Source: a virus (lineage: Duplodnaviria > Caudoviricetes). Taken from it: a stretch of DNA of 64,000 nucleotides. A program made the position numbers and the translations under genes. Of this stretch, positions 55,263-64,000 are shown one piece after another (positions within the stretch are counted from its first letter, which is position 1; every line of letters starts with the position of its first letter). Where the stretch lies: positions 522-64,521 of IMG/VR virus record IMGVR_UViG_3300050016_000156; one strand, 5' to 3'. The notes beneath the pieces are model-generated. The model was not told the DNA's origin and did not search any database. It saw only the letters and a program-made list of their open reading frames with translations.

Positions 55263-56389
55263 ACTTGGACTCGGACGCCCGGATGCGCGGGCGAGTACAT
55301 GAAATAGTATTCACCATCCATGTCAATGAAGACATCTTCGGCGGGATAAGGCCACTGGTTTTCGAAGTCAAACCAGAATCCAGCGTAATATACACTATAG
55401 AACCCGCCATTGAAATAAATTTCAGGGCGGAAGTAGTGCGCGCGTCCGAAATGCCGCGCAAAGACTTCATGGTCAATCGAGCGCCCGCCTTCGTGGTGAT
55501 GTTCGCTAGGGCGCGATGTGGAGTGCGAGTTTGATGATTTGCCACCCGAACCATGCCCAGAATGCGAGCCATGCCAGCCAGCGAATAATGAAGTTTCGCC
55601 GAACAGGTAGTACTCCTGTTCGTTTCGCGGGACGTTTGGGATTGACGGCTTCGTGATAAGGTCGAGAATATTCACGCTATTTAGGTCTGCTTCGACAAGG
55701 GAAATCGGTTCGACCCAATTCGGAAGCGTCTCACCATCATCGCCCGCGATTATCAGTCCGACGATTTTCTTTGTCTTCGGGTCCACAACCGAAGAGCCTG
55801 ATGCGCCATGGCTGGCAAACTCCTGCACGCCGAAGAAGCCATTCATCACGCCTTTGGTGATGGTGAGTGTGGATACGATGCCGGGGCTGACGTACTTCGC
55901 TTGCCCTTCGGAGAAGTTCACATTTAAGGTTGGACTACCGATATGCAGACTGTTCTCATTGCCGACTTGGATGGTCGGAATTTTCTCAGTCGTCTTCAGA
56001 TAGAACAGAGCGTAGTCATAGGCAGTCGTAATGGGAGTCGTTGTCGGGATGCCGAATTGCTCCGTAAACCTCGCTGTCAACAGTTCCACAGAGACAGGTG
56101 TCCGCTGCAGGTCTGTCTCGACGAAAAATTTCATGTCGTCGGGCAGGTCAGGATTCACAACCGTGCAATGGCCCGCGCCAAGGAGCAGATACCCATCCTG
56201 AATCTTCTGGATGGCGGTGACGGTGCAGATGAATTTCGGTTCGGAGAAGCCGCGGTCGACGCTCGTGGCGTAGAGCGCGTAGGATGCATCGTATACGTGT
56301 TTGGTGAACCCCTTCGGGGGTTTGATAGACCCAGCGAAAAGACCGATTGCGAAAATCAGAGATAGGGCCAAGGATAGAAACTTCTTCAT
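55250..56389 (-). CDS. Secreted trypsin-like serine protease with His-rich linker and aromatic C-terminal domain
   Basis: Signal peptide; CT...AGHC (His), DYAL (Asp), HGASGS (Ser). Confidence 0.8.
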   Translation of the reverse strand: MKKFLSLALSLIFAIGLFAGSIKPPKGFTKHVYDASYALYATSVDRGFSEPKFICTVTAIQKIQDGYLLLGAGHCTVVNPDLPDDMKFFVETDLQRTPVSVELLTARFTEQFGIPTTTPITTAYDYALFYLKTTEKIPTIQVGNENSLHIGSPTLNVNFSEGQAKYVSPGIVSTLTITKGVMNGFFGVQEFASHGASGSSVVDPKTKKIVGLIIAGDDGETLPNWVEPISLVEADLNSVNILDLITKPSIPNVPRNEQEYYLFGETSLFAGWHGSHSGHGSGGKSSNSHSTSRPSEHHHEGGRSIDHEVFARHFGRAHYFRPEIYFNGGFYSVYYAGFWFDFENQWPYPAEDVFIDMDGEYYFMYSPAHPGVRVQVWIP

Positions 56390-56715
56390 TGTTGTGTACC
56401 GCTTTCGTTAGATGCCGCTGGCGGTATTGGCGCTTGCGGGGGCTGACTGTTCTGTTGCGCTCTCTGCGCACGACGGTCTTCAAAGTAATCTTCCTTGAGC
56501 GAGTGCCCCACAACGCCCGTGAAAATTGCCGCAACGAACGCCGCATACGAAGTTAAGTCGTACTTCTTGAAAAAGCCGATGATGCCAACCACAGTGAACA
56601 CGATTGCAAAGGCTGTCGCGCGTCCCTGGAAGAACGAGAAGAACGATGCGGTCAAGCCCAGACCTTTGTAGGTCGAGACTGCTGTCTGAATGTCGTTCTT
56701 AATTGCCTGAAGCAT
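56386..56715 (-). CDS. Holin-like membrane protein
   Basis: Two TM helices, charged C-terminus, 109 aa. Confidence 0.5.
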   Translation of the reverse strand: MLQAIKNDIQTAVSTYKGLGLTASFFSFFQGRATAFAIVFTVVGIIGFFKKYDLTSYAAFVAAIFTGVVGHSLKEDYFEDRRAQRAQQNSQPPQAPIPPAASNESGTQQ

Positions 56716-57458
56716 CTTTCGCTCCTATCCGAATTTCAATCGCGCCGTCCTGCGCACGAACACATACTCCCCAGACCGCCAACTCCCAGGGCTTCTCGCC
56801 CTCGTTCGAAACTCGAAATAACTCTCGAATCGGAACCCCAGCAACTCGCACATCGGCAGCATGCCAAATAACCCTCTCGCTATCGGGCAAATCGTTTCCG
56901 CCGCGCTTCTCGCACTGCTCCACTTCCCATAATTTCTTCGGGTCGACCTGATGCGTTAGCGCGCTGACGGACTTTGGGTTCCAGCGAACGATGTATTTCA
57001 TTAGTCTACTTTCGGCAATACTTCCGTGGTGGTCTGCACCAACCGTTCGGCTGCTGCCTTTCGCAACTTTGAAACCTTCTGCAACTCGCCCATGATGGCT
57101 TCGTTGAGCTTATGCTGCGCCCATGGAATCGCAAATTCCAGTATCAGTTGCTCTGTAGTTGCGTCCGCGGGGTCCGAGGGCTCTCGCTCTACAGTCCAAC
57201 CCTCGACGCGCACTGCCTGCTCGATTAAAATTACCACGCCGTATTGATTGACTTTCATTGCCCGCCGCTCCGAACTTGCTTGATGCGTCGGACGAGGCCT
57301 TTATAATCATCCGCATATACAGCGGTCCAACCGAAGTACCCACTCAGGTCCGCCTTGATGTATCCTGGCCGCTGGGTGACGGCGTACGATACTCCATTCA
57401 CAAATACTCGGGGCAATTTAAGTCGCCGCATGGGGTCTCCCGAAACGTCAAAAGCCAA
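56699..57458 (-). CDS. Three small coupled hypothetical genes (56699-57001, 57001-57258, 57255-57458)
   Basis: TAATG/ATGA overlaps. Confidence 0.5.
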
Positions 57459-57597
57459 GTTTCCAATGCATCAATCAGAGCTTGCTTTTGCCAGTACACA
57501 CCTTTGCTTACGAGTTCTAGTTCGATATCGGTCGTGACTGTATCCAGTTCGGCTCGTTTGCTGATGCATAACGGACCCCGCCAATGAATAGAATTGC

Positions 57598-58200
57598 TCA
57601 TCGGGTCATAATCTTTTCGAGACCAGGAATCGGGAACGGCGAAAGGATGACACGATTCTCTGGCATCAATGATGTCAGGACCCAGCGAGTGTTGGACCCA
57701 GGCATCGTCACGACGCCATTCGGGACCTTGTCGCCAATCCATTGGTATTGGGCCATCGTCTTTGGGTGCATGTATCCGAACGGCGTGATAGCGCGCTTGA
57801 ACCAACTCGGCCCCTCGAATTTGCTGGGGGCATCCATCATCGGCGCGCTGGCCAGCAGGAACTTTAGTTGTACGATATCGGAATGCGCAGCGGCGAGGGC
57901 GTCTGATACAGGCTGCAAGGAACTAAAAGTTTTTCCCGCTACCCGCACAACGTCGTTCGGGATAATCAAAGGGCGCTCGGACTTCCAACCCGTGGCTTCC
58001 TTCAGCCCAGACGCTAAGGCGACGAAGTCTATGGTTTGGCCATTCGCTGCGAGTTGCGGCGCGAGAGAGACCATCGCAGGCGACTCCAGATAGGACTTGA
58101 GGGTCGCCATGAACTTCTGTAAGCTTTTACGTGCCCTGCGCTTCACAAGAAATGACTTGATGCTCACTTGCGTGCTCCCGAGGGCTCCGTCAGGAACCAT
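57598..58200 (-). CDS. Hypothetical protein
   Basis: 200-aa ORF behind late motif copy 8; start uncertain. Confidence 0.55.
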   Translation of the reverse strand: MVPDGALGSTQVSIKSFLVKRRARKSLQKFMATLKSYLESPAMVSLAPQLAANGQTIDFVALASGLKEATGWKSERPLIIPNDVVRVAGKTFSSLQPVSDALAAAHSDIVQLKFLLASAPMMDAPSKFEGPSWFKRAITPFGYMHPKTMAQYQWIGDKVPNGVVTMPGSNTRWVLTSLMPENRVILSPFPIPGLEKIMTR

Positions 58201-58203
58201 CGC

Positions 58204-58225
58204 TCTACTTATGAAACCAAAAGTC
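58204..58225 (-). promoter_or_regulatory. 22-bp putative late promoter motif, copy 8 (GACTTTTGGTTTCATAAGTAGA)
   Basis: Head of the protease/GroEL/TerS block. Confidence 0.7.
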
Positions 58226-58298
58226 AGTTTTCTGTAATGAGGGTGTCAGCATGCTCCTGATAGAACGCCCGAGCCGTCCCGGGCGCTCGACTGAAGCA

Positions 58299-58832
58299 CT
58301 AACGAATCGAAAGCGAATCCTCGAACTCAAACCACTGGGGTTGATCCCCAGAGCCTACAGGACCGTCGGTGAAAGGCGCAATCTGCATGATAAAAATAAC
58401 TTCGCGTGAGTTGACGATAATGAAGCGCGTCCGCTTGGACAGTTCAACCCCGTTGTCGACATAGTCTCGGCGAGTGTAGGTGAAAGGATGCCCTTGATAT
58501 TCGCCAGTCGAGCGGTTCGTGATGGTGCCGCCCGTCCTGTCGTCATCAGCGTAGAAGTCAGATGAAGTGAGGTCGACCGGGATATCATGATTAACGATAC
58601 GGACAATAACAAGTTGTCCGACGGTTTGCGTCGGGTTGTAAGACCAGAACGAGTAGTTCGTGCTCTGATTATCATCGCTCGCCACCGGAGCGTCAGCGGT
58701 CACATTTGCGTTGAACGTCGCGGAGAAGCTGTTGGTCGAGTACGGGGTGTTTTGAAAAGTCCCCGCGCCAGCCATCCCCGCGATTGCGAGAACTGAAAAA
58801 GCAAGAGCCAGAAATAGTGCTTTGATTTTCAT
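58299..58832 (-). CDS. Secreted protein (possible PsbP/DcrB-like fold)
   Basis: Signal peptide MKIKALFLALAFSVLAIAG; FSATF...FEDSLSI ending. Confidence 0.55.
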   Translation of the reverse strand: MKIKALFLALAFSVLAIAGMAGAGTFQNTPYSTNSFSATFNANVTADAPVASDDNQSTNYSFWSYNPTQTVGQLVIVRIVNHDIPVDLTSSDFYADDDRTGGTITNRSTGEYQGHPFTYTRRDYVDNGVELSKRTRFIIVNSREVIFIMQIAPFTDGPVGSGDQPQWFEFEDSLSIR

Positions 58833-58834
58833 TT

Positions 58835-60631
<1,797 letters not shown>

Positions 60632-60730
60632 AGACGGCCACGATTGCTTTCATTACTCTGCTCCTCTCGGGCAAGTCCCCGTTGGGGTTTTACTATTCGT
60701 AGGGGAGTTTATAGGGACCCCGACGATTTG

Positions 60731-61171
60731 TCAAGAAGATTCGTACTTTGCTAGGCGGTCTTTCAACTGCCGATTCTCAATCAACAGTTTGGTAAGCATC
60801 TCTTCCCTCTTATGCTCGCTGCGGGGAACCCACGCCAAGTTCCACGGCACAAAACCGAGTCGTCTGTCAATGATGTGCAATTCATAGTCTCGGGATGGCT
60901 TGCGCCCGATGTTCTCGATTATCCAGCGTGCTCCGTCAGTATACGTTCCACCTTTGTCGGGGTCCCATCCCACATAGAATGGCATTCCTCTATAGGTGGC
61001 GTGCTTGGTCTTGTAACTCGTCTTCATGCTTTGGTGATGGGTGTTCACCGACGCGTACTCAGGAGTTCCCGAGTACCGAATAAATTTGCGCGGACGCCCG
61101 GTCTTACGCGACTGGACAGATACGTCGGGGTTTGAAACCATGGGGGTGAGTTCTATCTCTATAGATGCCAT
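60731..61171 (-). CDS. HNH-related endonuclease (divergent)
   Basis: Y.G...W...WIIENIGRKPS..Y.L..IDRRLGFVPWNLAW; TTGACA-17-TATATT promoter 8 nt before ATG. Confidence 0.65.
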   Translation of the reverse strand: MASIEIELTPMVSNPDVSVQSRKTGRPRKFIRYSGTPEYASVNTHHQSMKTSYKTKHATYRGMPFYVGWDPDKGGTYTDGARWIIENIGRKPSRDYELHIIDRRLGFVPWNLAWVPRSEHKREEMLTKLLIENRQLKDRLAKYESS

Positions 61172-61828
61172 AGAGTTATAATATATCAAATCCTGCAAGA
61201 TGTGTCAAGCAAAATCGCAAGAACGGTGTAATGAGTTTTCATGGATATTGTTGCAAGGGAAAAACAAGACATGATGGTGCTGCCAAGCTAGGCTCGCCAG
61301 GAGACCCGTCTGGGGTTTTTGAATTTCAAAATAAATTCTCTAAGGGACCCCTACTTGCTCCCCCTGCACGCCTCATGCCACGACACGCCGCCCGCCAAAC
61401 CGGAAACTATTTCGCATCTCGTTGATTCAATTGGTGTTGTGGGGCGTTCTGCTGTGCGTCTTTCGAAGCGGTCATTTAATCAGACATTAAATATGACCTG
61501 CTCATTAAACATGCCTGCATTATCAAGCACTTAGCCATGCGCACGCTGCGGACATTCAAGCGGCCACGACTATGACAAAATCCTGAAAAGGAACAAGTTG
61601 TTGCAAACAAACGAGATTTTCGATTCGATGTCGGCGCTCGGCGACTTTCCAAGATGTCGGCGCTCGGCGACACGTTTGTGCGCTCATCAAACTGTGGCGT
61701 ATTGACCACAAATACAAAAATCTGTACATCTGGCGACCGATATTCCATTTTTCATAGCCCAAATATCGGCAGCGAGCGATATGTTGTGCCCAAATAACGT
61801 CACTACGCTTATCGCCCCGCTGTATAAT

Positions 61829-63001
61829 TTATACACGCTTGCTGCTTGCGAATGCCTTCCAATACGCGGCATGCTCTTCATCCGCCGTCCGATACTCAGT
61901 GCGCCAGAATGGCAGGTCCGCGTGCCTTGCCTCCCCGCACCGCCACCCCAAATACAGATACGAGCCTGCTACCTTCGATTGCCATGTCATGCAGCCACAG
62001 AAGTGGCAGAACGCGCGCCGACGCTCCATCACATCCCCCTCTCGTCATCTATCGCCGCTATGCAGCGGTCTATCTTCTGCAGGTCCGCATGCGTCAAGCC
62101 TAGGCGCGCCGCCTCCGCAGCCACTTCGGTATTCGCATCCATGAACAGAGCGAGATATGGAATCACCTGCCGCACATCCAATTCTTCAGCCATCACATCA
62201 TCCTCGTGTTGTACAGCCACCGATAGGCTATACTCGCCCGAACACCCGCCTGACTATCGCAGGCTGTTCGGTCGCCGCAACGCTCAATGCATTGACGCTC
62301 ATGTTGCCCCAAACAGTCCAGACAAACCTTCGCTTCACATCCCTCACCATTGCACCTAACCGTTGGACGGTCGGCACCGCACACATCACACTCGAATCTC
62401 GGTGTCTTAGCCATACCTATCTGTCTCTCCTGTAATTGCCAACTATATCCTTGAACGTGCACCAGTTAGCGTGCGCTGTTTGTTTGAAACTCGACGTAAT
62501 GAAATAGCCCCGAGGTCAGTCTGTGAACGCCGAACCGCACTTAGCACCACGGCTTTGGCGGACCCATTCGCTCGATTATTCGATACCACATGTGCCGAGC
62601 CATCAGATGGGCCTCTTGGATGGGCGCATCCTTCAGCCAGTCATAGTCGGCCACACCTTGCGGTATGCGCGTGCTGAATTGGTTCGCTGCCCACGTCGCC
62701 AAGAACTGCGTCATGAACTGGTCAATGAATGTCTCTTGTTCCATCACATCCTCCTACAAGAGTCGCAGTACACATCGAGCGCACGCATATGCACGCACCG
62801 CTCGGGATACCCACCTAGGTTGTCGGGATATTGAAAGACGATGGTGCGCCCAGGCCCAAGATGTCGTTGCGGCGCGGCCATTAATTGCCGCTTGCACGCT
62901 CGAATCATGTCCACTGTCAGGACTGGATACTCGCGGTCACACGCATCGCAATGGCTGTCTGGACCCAGGCTATGCTGACACTCTGGATGCTCGCACATCA
63001 C
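61829..63001 (-). other. Cluster of very small hypothetical genes, many with CxxC
   Basis: 61829-62032, 62029-62220, 62193-~62414, 62541-62747, 62744-63001 with GAGG/GGGG SDs. Confidence 0.5.
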
Positions 63002-63288
63002 ATCCCCCCTGATGAGCGCCTGTTTAGCCCGCTACGATCCTCGGCCAGTGCCTGAGCAATCGCATCTTCAACCACCACCATCTGCGCATCTAAGCTGCCG
63101 TTAGTCACATGCCCGCTGAACTTCTTTCCTTCGACAGCCAGCCGCTCCCTCAACTCTTCTCTGGTCTCCATATGTTTCTCCTCTGCCTTGGCTCTTGAAC
63201 GAGCATCGTGTAGCGTGCGCTGTTTGTTCGAAGCGCAGCATACCGAAACAAGCCCGCTGCCCCTCTGAAATGCCGACCGCGCGTTGCG

Positions 63289-63567
63289 CTAGGCCGCGTC
63301 GTATGTCGCAACAAAGATATCAGGCTTGCAGGGATACAACTCTCCTGCGACACCTCGAATAATCCAGTCGTTTGGACTCGCTAGCGTTTGTCCTTCCTTT
63401 GTGCCGACCGTTACGCCACTACCATCGTCCCGCTCGAAGAATGCGCCCTGCATTTTATCGCCGAACTTCGTCCGCAAGGCTATATGCCAGTCCCACACCG
63501 CCAACCAATTGCTGCCTGTGTATTGAATCGCATTGATAACTATGGGTTTCTTTCTGAATTCACTCAT
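63289..63567 (-). CDS. Conserved phage hypothetical protein
   Basis: FRKKPIVINAIQY...TKEG...ASPNDWIIRGVAGELYPCKPDIF..TY, a widespread phage family. Confidence 0.8.
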   Translation of the reverse strand: MSEFRKKPIVINAIQYTGSNWLAVWDWHIALRTKFGDKMQGAFFERDDGSGVTVGTKEGQTLASPNDWIIRGVAGELYPCKPDIFVATYDAA

Positions 63568-63634
63568 CACATCCTCCCGCTCGTATTTATGATGATTTCT
63601 CTCTCGCAAGTCTCACAAATCGCTGGGCTCATGG

Positions 63635-63859
63635 CTATAGTGCCTCGGTAACAACTTCGCCTTTGGTATTCAGGCGATAGAGCGTACGTTTTGCGGCCAG
63701 GGGAATCTTCATTCCGACCTTGTAGTCGTCGAACGGCTGCACGATGATAGTCTCAACGATAGTGTCACCCAGCGTCATTGGTTTATCGCCGACCAACGTC
63801 ACGACCCAGCCGTCGCCTGTCAGCAGACTCAGCGCGTATTGTTTCTTGGCGTCGCTCAT
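63635..63859 (-). CDS. Hypothetical protein
   Basis: 74 aa; GAGGGG SD. Confidence 0.55.
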   Translation of the reverse strand: MSDAKKQYALSLLTGDGWVVTLVGDKPMTLGDTIVETIIVQPFDDYKVGMKIPLAAKRTLYRLNTKGEVVTEAL

Positions 63860-64000
63860 ATCCCCTCAATTCACAACCGCTGAAGTCTGGACAACCACCA
63901 TCCAAATATTCGCAAGTGGCCAGATGGCGACGCGCGCAGATGGCTGCATTTGATGCTGCGCATGCTCCATCGCCTGGGCGAGCGAGTCATAGCGCCATGT

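Overview
This window is a bacteriophage genome segment with essentially all genes on the minus strand; it is probably podovirus-like, and an Acidobacteria-like host is a tentative inference from RecA/SSB style and one accessory domain. It holds a replication and recombination block (NrS-1-type primase-helicase with an adjacent iteron-like origin, PD-(D/E)XK nuclease, UvrD, SSB, ERF, family A DNA polymerase, RecA) and nucleotide-pool enzymes. The head module comprises TerS, TerL, portal, scaffold and an N4-gp56-type capsid. It also carries fibre-like proteins, a 1590-aa multidomain protein, GroEL plus GroES, lysis genes, about 12 HNH/GIY-YIG/EndoVII endonucleases and three tRNAs. Signals absent from the ORF track: (1) a DUF3494-type ice-binding protein gene running off the left edge; (2) eight copies of a 22-bp motif (GACT-N10-TARGTAGA) upstream of virion genes, a likely late promoter; (3) a tRNA array interleaved with non-tRNA hairpins, several ending in CCA, with two tRNAs carrying C33 instead of U33; (4) an IS1595-type MITE and a second IS1595 remnant; (5) leaderless sigma70 promoters on several endonuclease genes. 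No integrase, CRISPR array, reverse transcriptase or rRNA was seen. All family assignments come from motif recognition by eye, not database searches.
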